NCBI GenBank assembly: GCA_963748235.1
Contig: CAVVHT010000009.1
Location: 1,094,756 to 1,158,755 of the forward strand
Direction of reading: 5' to 3'
Length of the DNA stretch: 64,000 nt
Origin: an uncultured Chloroflexia bacterium
GTDB lineage: Bacteria > Chloroflexota > Limnocylindria > Limnocylindrales > CSP1-4
How positions within the stretch are numbered: position 1 is the first letter of the stretch; every line of letters starts with the position of its first letter. The notes under the pieces are model-generated. The model did not search any database, was not told the DNA's origin, and worked only from the letters and a program-made list of their open reading frames with translations. A program made the position numbers and the translations under genes. This document shows, one piece after another, positions 27,723 through 37,067 of the stretch.

Positions 27723-30290
27723 TCAGCCCTCGGCGGCGAAGTCGCGCACCTTGATCTGCCGATCGAGGTCGTCCGCGGACTCGGCCAGCTGGCGCGCGAG
27801 CGTCGGCATCGACCCGTTGATCTCGGCCAGCATGCGCCGCGAGCGCTCGAGCACGTCCGGATCGGCGCGGTAGGCCGGATACAGCGCGAGCAGGTAGGAG
27901 CGCGCGAACGGGTGGTCGCGCGTCGCAAAGACGTCACGCACCTGATCGAAGAAGCGATCGACGTACGGCTCGAGCACGTCGTGCTGCTGCGGCCAGAAGA
28001 AGCCCAACATGGCAGCTCGCGTCAGGTGGAACGAACCGTAGCCCTCACCGTGGATCCGTTCCCACGCCTCCGCCTTGGCGGCATCGGTCGGGCGCGATGC
28101 TTGAGCCTTGAGCAGAGCGCGGCGGCCGCGATCGGAGCGGTCGCGCTGCGCTTCGACCTCGAGTCGCGCGTCGGCATCGGGCAGGTCGAAGGCGACCGCC
28201 TTGATCGCCACCGCCCAGCGCATCTCCTGATCGAGCTCGAAGTTGCCGACGGTCTCGGCGCCGTCGACCAGCATGACCAGGCGTTCGATGTCCTCGCGCG
28301 TCGCCGCAACGTTGATCGCCGAGCGCGCCCACATGATCTGGCGATCGCCGGCCGACGACGAGCCGAGGTCGCTGAGGGCTGCCTCGAACCATGCGTGCGC
28401 CTCACTCTCGCGCACCTCCTCGGGCACGTAGCGCGAGATCGTCAGCGCGGCGCGCTCGAGCACGGTGTCGAGGATGTCGAGGTCTGGTTCGCCCGCGAGC
28501 CGACTGCGTCCGATCGCGAGGTACTCGGTCGAGCGCAGCTGGCGATCGCGGACCATCTCCCACATCGATGTCCACAGCAGCGACCGCAGCAGCGGATCGT
28601 CGATCCTGTCTACGCCGCTGCGCACGAACTCGAGCGATCGCGGGTCGAGCGAGATCTTTGCGTAGGCGTGGTCGCCGTAGTTCGGGAAGACGAGCTGCGG
28701 CTCAGCGTGACCGCTGGCGTCGGGGATGTCGGTTTTCCGTCCATCGATCCACGCCGGAATCGAATCGATCTGGTCGTGTCCTTCCACGCGCCGCGCGAGT
28801 GCAACTTCCAGTGCATGTGGGCGGAGCGTCGGGTGATCGGCCGGCGCCGACTGGCCGATGGACAGGCTGGTGACCTTGCCGTCCTCGGCGTGCCACTCGG
28901 CGGCCAGCGTGTTCAGCGACGCGGTCCGCAGCCACAGTTGGGCCCACTCGTCGAGATCTCGACCGCTCCCCTCTTCGAGGCAGGTCAGGAAGTCATCGAG
29001 TGTCGCGTTCGACCAGCCGTGGCGGCGGAAATACAGCCGCATGCCGTCGCGGAAGGCGTCGTGGCCGATGTATTTGACCAGCTGCTTGAGGACCGAGGCG
29101 CCCTTGCCGTAGGTGATCCCGTCGAAGATCAGGAAGGCGATCTCGGTGTCGTCGGCGGCTCCGGCGATGGGATGGGTCGTCGGCAGCTGGTCGGTCTGGT
29201 AGGCCCATCGCTTGATGTCCGCGTTGAAGACCTTCCAGGCGTTTGTGAAGCGCGTTGCCTCGGTCAGTGCGAGGTAGCTGATGTAGGTCGCGAACGACTC
29301 ATTCAGCCACAGGTCGTCCCACCAGCGCATCGTGACCAGGTTGCCGAACCACATGTGGGCGAGCTCGTGCAGGAAGGTCTCGCCGCGGTCGAGCCGCTCG
29401 TTCGTGGTCGCGGGATCGCGGAAGAGATACGCCTCGTTGTAGGTCACCAGGCCGACGTTCTCCATCGCACCCGAGTTGTATTCGGGCACGAAGATCTGGT
29501 CGTACTTGGCGAACGGGTAAGGCTGGTCGAACAAGTCGGCGTAGAAGTCGAGCCCCTGTGCCGTCAGCTCGAAGATCTCCGGCGACTGCTCTTCGAGGTA
29601 GCGCTCCATCGAACGGCGCGCGAAAAGGCCCAGCTGGAGGCCGTTGTGGTCGACCCGCCGGGCAACGTAAGGCCCCCCGACGAGCGCGACAAGGTAGCTG
29701 CTGAACAGCTCGGTCTGCGCGAAGCGGTGCCGCGTCCGACCGTCGTCCGTCGGGTCGCTTGACTCGACCGGCGAATTGGCCAACACCAGCCAGTCGGCTG
29801 GGGCGGTGACGGTGAACGTGTAACGGCCCTTGATGTCGGGCTGGTCGAAACACGGGAAGAGGCGGTGCGCCTCGTACGGCTCGAAGTTGGTGTAGACGTA
29901 CTCTTCGCCATCCTCGGGATCGACGAAGCGATGGAAGCCGTCTCCAGTGCGGTCGTAGTCGTTGACGTACTGGACGCGCACGACGTTCGACTCCCGGATC
30001 AGCCAGCCGGGCAGCGTCAACCGATAGCCGTTCCATTCTGGCTCGGTCTCAGTGCCGTTGACCTCGAGGCGCTCGATTGTCCTGCCCCGGAAGTCAACGA
30101 AAAGAGGATCGGTGCCGTCGGCAGCGAAGCGCAGCGTGACATCGCCGCGATACGTCGGCTCGCCGGCGACAAGGTCGAGGACGATGTCGTAGGTCGCGTC
30201 ACGGACGCGCTGCGCGCGTCCGACCGCTTCCTTCTGGGTGAGCACGTCACGCGCGGCGGCGTGGCTGGTGAGGGTGACGCTATGTGGCAC
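27723..30290 (-). CDS. pepN: Aminopeptidase N (M1 family)
   Basis: GAMEN, HELAHMWFGNLVTMRWWDDLWLNESFA (HExxH-x18-E), 855 aa. GTG start with AGGGAGA upstream. Confidence 0.92.
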   Translation of the reverse strand: MPHSVTLTSHAAARDVLTQKEAVGRAQRVRDATYDIVLDLVAGEPTYRGDVTLRFAADGTDPLFVDFRGRTIERLEVNGTETEPEWNGYRLTLPGWLIRESNVVRVQYVNDYDRTGDGFHRFVDPEDGEEYVYTNFEPYEAHRLFPCFDQPDIKGRYTFTVTAPADWLVLANSPVESSDPTDDGRTRHRFAQTELFSSYLVALVGGPYVARRVDHNGLQLGLFARRSMERYLEEQSPEIFELTAQGLDFYADLFDQPYPFAKYDQIFVPEYNSGAMENVGLVTYNEAYLFRDPATTNERLDRGETFLHELAHMWFGNLVTMRWWDDLWLNESFATYISYLALTEATRFTNAWKVFNADIKRWAYQTDQLPTTHPIAGAADDTEIAFLIFDGITYGKGASVLKQLVKYIGHDAFRDGMRLYFRRHGWSNATLDDFLTCLEEGSGRDLDEWAQLWLRTASLNTLAAEWHAEDGKVTSLSIGQSAPADHPTLRPHALEVALARRVEGHDQIDSIPAWIDGRKTDIPDASGHAEPQLVFPNYGDHAYAKISLDPRSLEFVRSGVDRIDDPLLRSLLWTSMWEMVRDRQLRSTEYLAIGRSRLAGEPDLDILDTVLERAALTISRYVPEEVRESEAHAWFEAALSDLGSSSAGDRQIMWARSAINVAATREDIERLVMLVDGAETVGNFELDQEMRWAVAIKAVAFDLPDADARLEVEAQRDRSDRGRRALLKAQASRPTDAAKAEAWERIHGEGYGSFHLTRAAMLGFFWPQQHDVLEPYVDRFFDQVRDVFATRDHPFARSYLLALYPAYRADPDVLERSRRMLAEINGSMPTLARQLAESADDLDRQIKVRDFAAEG

Positions 30291-30380
30291 GAGCTTGCGA
30301 GTCTCCCTGTGGCGGCCGGTGGCGGCAGTCGGGCGGGAGTGTAACCCCCAGCCGGGGTGTCTGCCGCTACACCATGCTGA

Positions 30381-31382
30381 CTAAGCGGCGGCAGAACTTC
30401 GGCGGCTGCTTCGGCGGGTCGCTCCGGTGAGCTCGGGCAGCAGCTCGCGCTCGGCGAAGCGCATGAAGCCTTCCTGATCGGGGCCAACCTGGTGGATGTA
30501 CACGTGGCTGAAGCCGGCCTCCGCGAACTCGGCTACCTTGTCGAGGATCGGCTGCGCGTCCGGCCCGCACACGATCGCCCGCGTGATCTGCTCCTCGGTC
30601 ACGTTGGCCGATGCCTGCTCGAAATGCGCGGGCAACGGCAGCTCCTGGCTAAGCTCGCCGGGCACGGCGGCGGTCGGCCACCACTCGAGCGCGGTCGCGA
30701 CGGCCGCCTTTTGAGTCTTTGCCCAAGACACCGTGAACTGCCCATAGCGCGGCATTGTTGCCTTGCCGCCCGCCGCGCGGAACGAATCGACCAGCTCCTT
30801 CTTTGGGGCGGTGCTGATCAGCCCATCGCCGATGCGACCGGCAAGCTTCGCCGCCTCTTGGCCGCTGGCCGCCACGAGCACCGGCACAGGCTCGTCGGGC
30901 AGGTCGTAGATGCGTGCGTTCTCGACCAGGTAGTGGTTGCCGTCGTGGTTCTGCATGCCGCCCCGCCACAGCAGGCGCATGACCTCGACGGCCTCCTCGA
31001 GCATCTCCTGGCGCACGTCGGAGGGCGGCCACCGGTCACCGAAGATGTGCTCGTTGAGGTTCTCGCCACTGCCGACACCCAGGAAGAAGCGGCCAGGCAT
31101 CAACGTTGCCGCGGTGGCCGCGGCCTGGGCAATGATCGCCGGATGGATGCGCACCGTCGGACAGGTCACTCCGGTTCCGAGGATCAGCCGCTCGGTGCGC
31201 TGGCTGATGGCGCCGATGACGTCCCATACGAAGGCGCTGTGACCCTGCCGGTCGGTCCATGGATGGAAGTGGTCCGAGATCAGGGCAAAGGTGAACCCCG
31301 TTTCCTCAGCCATCGACGCGTAGCGGACCAGGTTGGGCGGGGTGTGCTCTTCACTCGACAACGCAATGCCAATCTCTGTCAT
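30381..31382 (-). CDS. LLM-class F420-dependent oxidoreductase (G6PDH-related subfamily)
   Basis: Luciferase-like TIM-barrel pattern. The N-terminus ...FALISDHFHPWTDRQGHSAFVW resembles F420-dependent G6PDH-family proteins. Confidence 0.75.
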   Translation of the reverse strand: MTEIGIALSSEEHTPPNLVRYASMAEETGFTFALISDHFHPWTDRQGHSAFVWDVIGAISQRTERLILGTGVTCPTVRIHPAIIAQAAATAATLMPGRFFLGVGSGENLNEHIFGDRWPPSDVRQEMLEEAVEVMRLLWRGGMQNHDGNHYLVENARIYDLPDEPVPVLVAASGQEAAKLAGRIGDGLISTAPKKELVDSFRAAGGKATMPRYGQFTVSWAKTQKAAVATALEWWPTAAVPGELSQELPLPAHFEQASANVTEEQITRAIVCGPDAQPILDKVAEFAEAGFSHVYIHQVGPDQEGFMRFAERELLPELTGATRRSSRRSSAAA

Positions 31383-31484
31383 GAGCCGATGATTGGCCGG
31401 CCGGCGTGCCTCGCGCGCTCACCCAGACACGTCCGATCTAACGGTTGGATGTCAGACCCAAGTTCACGCGGTCGCGTGACCCGG

Positions 31485-32012
31485 TCAGGCGTAGCGCAGT
31501 GTCGAGCTTTCGTTGTCGCCGACCGTCGTCGAGCATGTCGGGCAATACCAGCGCGCTTCGAGGAGCGAGCCACAGGTGACGTGGCGCAGTCCCTCGGTCG
31601 TGTCCGACTCGCCGGCCTGCGACGAGGTGCGACCCGATGCGCCCCATGCGGCGAGAAGGCGCAGAACTCCGGCAAGCTCGGTGCCGTCTTCGGTCAGCGC
31701 GTAGGCCATTCGCGCCGGTCGCTCCGAGTAGGGCTGGGTGACAACCACACCGGCACGCTCCAGACGCCGTAGCCGATCGGTGAGGATGTTCGGCGCGATA
31801 CCGGGCAGGGCCGCCGTCAGATCGTTGAAGCGGCGCGATCCATCTAGCAGCGCCTCGACCAACAGTAGCGACCAGCGATCGCCAACCCGGCTCAGCGCCG
31901 CATCGAGGGCGGAGACAGCCGGTGGGTCAGCCCGTTTGCCGCTCGTCGGTGTGTCGCTCACGAGAGCCATGGTTGCATGCTGACGAGCCTCTTGTCTGTC
32001 CTCCTCGTCCAT
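31485..32012 (-). CDS. HxlR-type winged-helix transcriptional regulator (start uncertain: 32024 TTG, 32012 ATG or 31970 ATG)
   Basis: DRWSLLLVEALLDGSRRFNDLTAALPGIAPNILTDRLRRLERAGVV...YALTEDG. C-terminal Cys-containing tail (CGSLLEARWYCPTC). Confidence 0.8.
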   Translation of the reverse strand: MDEEDRQEARQHATMALVSDTPTSGKRADPPAVSALDAALSRVGDRWSLLLVEALLDGSRRFNDLTAALPGIAPNILTDRLRRLERAGVVVTQPYSERPARMAYALTEDGTELAGVLRLLAAWGASGRTSSQAGESDTTEGLRHVTCGSLLEARWYCPTCSTTVGDNESSTLRYA

Positions 32013-32014
32013 GC

Positions 32015-32035
32015 TAACTTGCAACTTGCTAGTTA
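32015..32035. promoter_or_regulatory. 21-bp imperfect palindrome TAACTTGCAACTTGCTAGTTA in the HxlR / protease divergent region (candidate operator)
   Basis: 18 of 21 positions self-complementary. It lies 25 nt upstream of the protease ATG and directly upstream of the HxlR ATG at 32012. Confidence 0.45.
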
Positions 32036-32059
32036 CTACTCGATTCGAAGGAGTCTCTC

Positions 32060-32990
32060 ATGGCGGTACTGGACGAAGTCGCGGGCGCGCTGGCGAGCGT
32101 TGCCGAGAAGGTTGGCCCGTCGGTCGTGCGCATCGGCGGCGGTTGGCGAGGCGGATCGGGCGTGGTAATCGGCAAGGACGCCGTGCTGACCAACGCCCAC
32201 AACGTTCGCGGCGACGAGGTGACGGTCGTCTTCGCCGACGGTCGCCGTGCAGCCGGCAGCGTTTCAGGCATCGACGTCGACGGCGATCTGGCGGTTGTCT
32301 CGGTCGACACCGGATCCACGGCCGTCGTTGACTGGGCCGGCGCGCAGGCGACGATCGGCACGCCCGTGTTTGCCGTTGCCCACAACGGCTGACGGCGCGC
32401 GCGTGACCTTCGGATTCGTGTCGAGCGTTGCGCGCGCCTTCCGCGGCCCGCGGGGCCGGCGCATCTCGGGCAGTGTCGAACACACGGCGCCGCTCGCTCC
32501 CGGTTCGTCGGGCAGCCCGCTCGTCGACGGCGTGGGACGGCTGCTCGGCCTCAACACGAATCGGCTGGGTGGTGGCTTCTACTTGGCGCTGCCCGCCGAT
32601 GAGGCACTTCGCGGCCGAGTCGCCGCGCTCCAGCGCGGCGAGAGCGCCGAACGGCCGCGACTGGGCATCGGCATCGCGCCGTCGTGGGTCGCGCTGCGTA
32701 TGCGCCGCGCTGTCGGCCTGCCTGATCGCGAGGGGGTCCTTGTGCGCGAGGTAGAGCCAAACAGTCCAGCCGCTCGGGCGGGCATCAACGAAGGCGACCT
32801 GCTTGTCGAGGCAGGTGGCCGGCCGATCACCGAGCCAGACGATGTCTACGACGCGCTCGGCAGCGTCAGCGCCGGCTCGACGCTCGAGCTACGCCTGGTG
32901 CGCGGGGCCGACGAGGTGACGGTTCAGGCGAGCTTCGCCGAGGCTGCCGAGTCGTCATCCGGTGCCGAGTCGGACGGGCCGGTTCACTGA
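32060..32990 (+). pseudogene. HtrA-like trypsin-fold serine protease with PDZ domain, frame-disrupted at ~32390
   Basis: His (LTNAHNV) and Asp (DGDLAVV) are in the first frame; Ser (GSSGSPL) and the PDZ domain (VREVEPNSPAARAGINEGDLL) are in the frame of 32247. Removing the T of GGC-T-GAC restores NGDGARVTFGFV. Confidence 0.85.
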
Positions 32991-33003
32991 CCAACCCAAC
33001 CGC

Positions 33004-34344
33004 TCATTGACCGGCGAGGATCTCGAGCGCGCGTAACAGCTGGCTGTCGGTGATCGATGGCAGCGCGCTCGCATCGAGATCGCGCAGCTCGTCGGGCTCG
33101 ATCGGGGCGCCATCGGTCGGCAACGGAACCTCTTCGTTGGGCGTGATGCCACGGCCGAAGATGAGCTCCTCGTCCGGCGTCAGCCAGCGTTCGACGGCGA
33201 GCCTGATCGATGAGCCATCGGGCAGACCGAAGGGCAGCAGGACCGTGCCAGTGCCGAAGGTCGTCTCGCCAATCAGCTGAGCTCGATCGGTCGACGCCAG
33301 GGCGCCGGCCAGGATCTCGGCCGAGCTGGCGCTGTTGTTGTCGATCAGGACGACGAGCGGCAGGTCGGTCGACTCGATCGTCGGGTTGATCGGCACCGGG
33401 ATGCGCTCACCGCTGGCCAGCTCGCGGACGTAGACGGTCCCCTCTGGAATGAACAGGCTGGCAGCGTCGACGGCCTGGTCGACGTAGCCGCCCGGATTGC
33501 CGCGCAGGTCAAGGACGAGCGATGTGGCACCTGCAGCGATGGCCTCATCACGCGCCTGTTTGAGCTCCTGTGCAGAGCCGGCCGAGAACTGGACGAGCTT
33601 GAGCAGCGCGGTACTGGTGCCCGGGATCATCGCCCAGCCCGCCGCCGGAACGCGGATCTGGGCACGGATCATGTCGAACGTCAGGCGCTCGGCGGTCGAG
33701 GGCCGGTTGACCGTCACGCTGACGGACGTGCCCTCTTCGCCACGCACGAGCGCGGCCACCTGGTCGGTTTCCATGCCCGCGACCGACTGACCGTCGACTT
33801 CAAGGAATTCGTCCCCAGCGAGCATTCCCGCGTCCTGCGCCGGCCCATCACTGATGACCGACACGACGACGACCGAGCTTTCGCGCTGGCCGAGGATGAC
33901 GCCGATGCCAACGACGTTGCCGCCCAGCGCATTCTGTTCGCTGGCCACCTCCTCGGGTGTGAGGAAGACCGAGTGGCCGGTGTCGCCGAGCGCCTCGACC
34001 AGGCCACGAATCGCGCCGTAGGTCAGCTCCGTCTCGTCCAGCTCGCCCCGGCCGACGTAGTTGTCGCGGATGGTCTGGAGCGCCTCCCAGAACAGGTCGA
34101 AGTTGGCCGGCGCGACCGGCTGCTGGCTCGACCCGGGCACGGTGCTCGGCTGGCCGGACGCTCCCGGCGCCGGTGCATCGGTGGGCGAGCTGGACCCGGC
34201 CGAGAAGCCGCCGCCGAGCAAACCGGTCTGGCCGACGACCACGCCGACGATGAACGTGAGCGCTATCAGCAGGACGGCCGCGATCGAAGCGGCGGCGCGC
34301 GGCGCCGGCGGCGGTGGCTCGAACGGACGGTAGGGATCAGTCAC
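33004..34344 (-). CDS. S41 C-terminal processing (tail-specific) peptidase with PDZ domain
   Basis: N-terminal TM, PDZ domain, LDLRGNPGGYV and LIDNNSASSAEILAGAL (Ser/Lys dyad context). Confidence 0.88.
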   Translation of the reverse strand: MTDPYRPFEPPPPAPRAAASIAAVLLIALTFIVGVVVGQTGLLGGGFSAGSSSPTDAPAPGASGQPSTVPGSSQQPVAPANFDLFWEALQTIRDNYVGRGELDETELTYGAIRGLVEALGDTGHSVFLTPEEVASEQNALGGNVVGIGVILGQRESSVVVVSVISDGPAQDAGMLAGDEFLEVDGQSVAGMETDQVAALVRGEEGTSVSVTVNRPSTAERLTFDMIRAQIRVPAAGWAMIPGTSTALLKLVQFSAGSAQELKQARDEAIAAGATSLVLDLRGNPGGYVDQAVDAASLFIPEGTVYVRELASGERIPVPINPTIESTDLPLVVLIDNNSASSAEILAGALASTDRAQLIGETTFGTGTVLLPFGLPDGSSIRLAVERWLTPDEELIFGRGITPNEEVPLPTDGAPIEPDELRDLDASALPSITDSQLLRALEILAGQ

Positions 34345-34383
34345 GGCTCACTGCTGATCATGTGGCAGCGGCCGATTCGGCGC

Positions 34384-34446
34384 TGTGGATGACGATTCTG
34401 GATCGTTCGTGGATAACGCCGCGAGCCGGCCGCGTTTCGTGGACAA
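34384..34446. promoter_or_regulatory. Cluster of same-orientation DnaA-box-like / direct-repeat motifs (TGTGGATGA, CTGGATCG, CGTGGATAA, CGTGGACAA)
   Basis: Read directly. The first three are phased at 12 bp and the fourth lies 30 bp further on. The reverse complements TCATCCACA, TTATCCACG and TTGTCCACG are each 8/9 to TTATCCACA or TTGTCCACA. Located 40-100 bp upstream of the S41 peptidase start. Confidence 0.4.
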
Positions 34447-34586
34447 AGCCACTTGAAGGCCGCCCGGCGCGGTCGCTACATTTGGGTCGTCCCGAAGGGG
34501 CCACGGAACCGGGGTCACCGGAGCTGGTTTACCAGCGAAGATGATCCGCGGACCGGGCGGCTCCTTCGGGCGTTTCTTTGTGCTCC

Positions 34587-35216
34587 CTAGTTGCGCCTTG
34601 CGGGTTCGAGAGCGATGAGCTCCGCGCTCCATGGGCAGTACCGGTCGCCGGTCAGCATTCCCGCCTCGACATGCGACGGAAGCCCGTCGCAGACCTCGAT
34701 GGTGACATCGGCGAACTCCAGCGAATCGGGATCGATCGACCAGCTCCAACCTTCGTTGACGCCGGTCCGGCCACGCACCACCCGGCCGTTGGGAATGCTC
34801 GGCGCCGGCTGGCCCTCGAGGAGGAGGATGGCAATGTCAATGTCGTCCCGATCCGTCAGCAGCACCCTGTACTCCTCGTCGACGACTCGAAAGGTGGCGA
34901 TCAACGCCGCAGGTCTTCGGGTGGGCTCTGGTGTCGGCGGCCGGGTCGGGCGCTGGGTCGGGCGAGGGGTTGGCGAACCTGTCGCAGCGGTCGTCGGCGT
35001 GGCAGTCGGGTTGGGAGTCGGGGAGGCCGATGGACTTGCCGTTGGCGGAGCCGTCGGTGATGGGCTGGGCCGGGAAGTAGTCGACGGGATCTGCGTGACT
35101 CTCGGTGAGGCGGACGCGGCGGCCGACGGCGAAGGAGTCGACGGCACGCGGCCGCAGCCGCTGAGCACGCCGACGCCGATGAGGACAGCCAGCAACAGGC
35201 GCGGCGCGAGGGGCAT
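34587..35216 (-). CDS. Hypothetical lipoprotein with Pro/Thr/Ser-rich linker and ~95-aa C-terminal globular domain
   Basis: Lipobox LSGC, ~80-aa PT-rich low-complexity region, C-terminal domain ...GVNEGWSWSIDPDSLEFADVTIEVCDGLPSHVE...YCPW. Family not recognised. Confidence 0.7.
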   Translation of the reverse strand: MPLAPRLLLAVLIGVGVLSGCGRVPSTPSPSAAASASPRVTQIPSTTSRPSPSPTAPPTASPSASPTPNPTATPTTAATGSPTPRPTQRPTRPPTPEPTRRPAALIATFRVVDEEYRVLLTDRDDIDIAILLLEGQPAPSIPNGRVVRGRTGVNEGWSWSIDPDSLEFADVTIEVCDGLPSHVEAGMLTGDRYCPWSAELIALEPARRN

Positions 35217-35219
35217 CGA

Positions 35220-36450
35220 TCAGAAGATCTGCGGCGACCAGGGAGTGACGGACGTCGTGAACAGCGCGTCGGCTCGGGCATGGCCGCCGGGCGAGATCTC
35301 CTGCGTGCGTCCGGCGCGCGCGAGCTGGGCGAAGCTGAACGCACCGAGGTAGATCGCCGCCAGGTCGGCCGCATCGAGCTGGACATCGGAAGGCTCTTCG
35401 GTCCGGCTCACACGAGCCGTTCCGGCGGCGTTCTCCAGCCTGAAGCGGCCGCCCGCTTCGGGCATGAAATCATCGCGAACATCGAGCACGACTCTGCCGT
35501 CCGCGGCGTAGCCGCGCTGCTCGAGCGCCGCGACGACGTCGACGATGCGCAGCCAGAGCCCGTCGCGCAGCCGCAGATCGAGGCGACGCGGTTCGGCGAC
35601 CATCAACAGCAATGGGTCGTCCGGCGGCCCGAAGCGGTTTCGGATGTGGGCGATCAGGTCGACTCCGAAGACGAAACGCCACATCTCGCGCTGGGCTTCG
35701 GCATCGACGGCCATCAGCTCCTGGATAGTCAGCTGCGACTGCGAGCCAACGTCACCCCATTCCAATTTGACGCGGTAGATGACGTACGCGACGGGCTTCC
35801 CGGCGCGCTCGTGGACGGCGAAGAACTTACGGTCGTGGCCGCGCCGGGCGAACGCCGGATCGGCCAGCACCTCCTTCGACCACCACGGCTCGGAACGAGC
35901 CAGGAAACCGGGCGTCGCAAGACGGACGACGTCGTAAACCGGCGGCAGCAGCCGGGCCGCCTCGTTCCGTTCGACCAGCCGCACCGCTCCCGGCGCATCC
36001 GGTGTCGGCGACCGGAACGTCGTTCGGTTGCTGGTGATGTCGAAAGTTCCGGCGAGCGTGGCGAGGCCGTAGCCGAAGCGCTGGTAGATCGAGCCCTCGG
36101 AAGCCCACAGGATCGCGACTTGCTCTCCGCGCGAGCGCACGTCGGCCAATTGGTGGGCCATCATCCGGCGCAGAATGCCGCGCCGTCGGTGAGTCGGAGT
36201 GACGCCCACATTGGTCACACCGGCGGCCTTGACGACGCGGCCGCCGGGAACGGTCAGCTCGAACGAGAACGCCGCGCCGCCACCGACCAGCTGGTCTCCG
36301 TCGTACGCGCCGATGGTTCGATCGAGCTCGATCGTGCTCTCGGCGTACTGCCAATACTCCTCCGTCACGCCGGCGCTCGAGGCCGATTTCGATTGCCTCG
36401 AGCCACGTGCGCAGATCCTCTCGCGGCACGTTGCGCAGCTCGATGGTCAA
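35220..36450 (-). pseudogene. Eis-like GNAT acetyltransferase (GNAT + SCP2-like C-terminus), frame-disrupted near 36370-36376
   Basis: TTG 36450 (GGGAGAG upstream) gives (M)TIELRNVPREDLRTWLEAIEIGLE in one frame, continuing as GVTEEYWQYAESTIELDRTIGAYDG...VTPTHRRRGILRRMM...EGSIYQRFGY in the frame of 36368. One extra C in CGC-C-GGC. Confidence 0.75.
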
Positions 36451-36656
36451 GTGGTCTCTCCCGTTGGCGCCGCAGACTGGTGGAGCTCGCGCTCGGTTCG
36501 GCCGAACCATATCCAGTACAGCGATGTGGCGATCGTATAGAGCACGACGATCGTCAGGAAGGCGACGTCAGACCCACGCGCGAAGCCCAATGCGTCCTGT
36601 ACCGCCGCGTAGTAGATGCCGCCCATTGCCCAACCGGCGGACCACAGCAGTGTCAT
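36447..36656 (-). CDS. Hypothetical 2-TM small membrane protein
   Basis: 69 aa with two hydrophobic spans. Its TGA overlaps the TTG start of the Eis-like gene (TTGA). No clear RBS. Confidence 0.4.
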   Translation of the reverse strand: MTLLWSAGWAMGGIYYAAVQDALGFARGSDVAFLTIVVLYTIATSLYWIWFGRTERELHQSAAPTGETT

Positions 36657-36788
36657 CGTGGCAGCAACGGTGGCGCGCTCGAGCCGAACTGGGTCGCGAC
36701 GAGGAATAGCCGAGCGTCTCGCCCGAAGCCGCTGTAATGGCCAAGGAAGCGTCGGACGCTCACGGCCGCGGCATGAAATTGACCGCGA

Positions 36789-37067
36789 TCAGTCGATCGG
36801 GATGTTCTCGCGCTCGCCGGCCGACTTGTCGCGGTCTTCGGACTTGTTCTCCAGCTGCTCGACCCAGTGATCGAGCATGCTCCGGATCGCGAGCAGGTTC
36901 TCGCGCCCGGCATTGCGCAGATGGTGTCTCGTCTTGCTCGGCAGGATGTGCCCCATCGCCTGACGCGAAGAGCTCATTGCCCGCTCGAGTGCTCGCTCAG
37001 TTGCGCTCTCGCGTCGATCGAGATCGCTCAGCCGGCGCTCGATCTGCCCGAGTCGTTCCTCATCCAT
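36789..37067 (-). CDS. Small, highly charged predicted coiled-coil protein (last gene of the ParB-like/ArsA operon)
   Basis: ATG 37067 overlaps the ArsA-like stop by 8 nt. MDEERLGQIERRLSDLDRRESATERALERA... is heptad-like and charged. No family recognised. Confidence 0.6.
   Translation of the reverse strand: MDEERLGQIERRLSDLDRRESATERALERAMSSSRQAMGHILPSKTRHHLRNAGRENLLAIRSMLDHWVEQLENKSEDRDKSAGERENIPID

Noticed and set aside
34384-34446. The DnaA-box-like cluster as a replication origin.
   Set aside because: There are only three or four boxes, no adjacent A/T-rich unwinding element, and no dnaA/dnaN/rpmH context. It is kept as a regulatory or titration-site hypothesis only.
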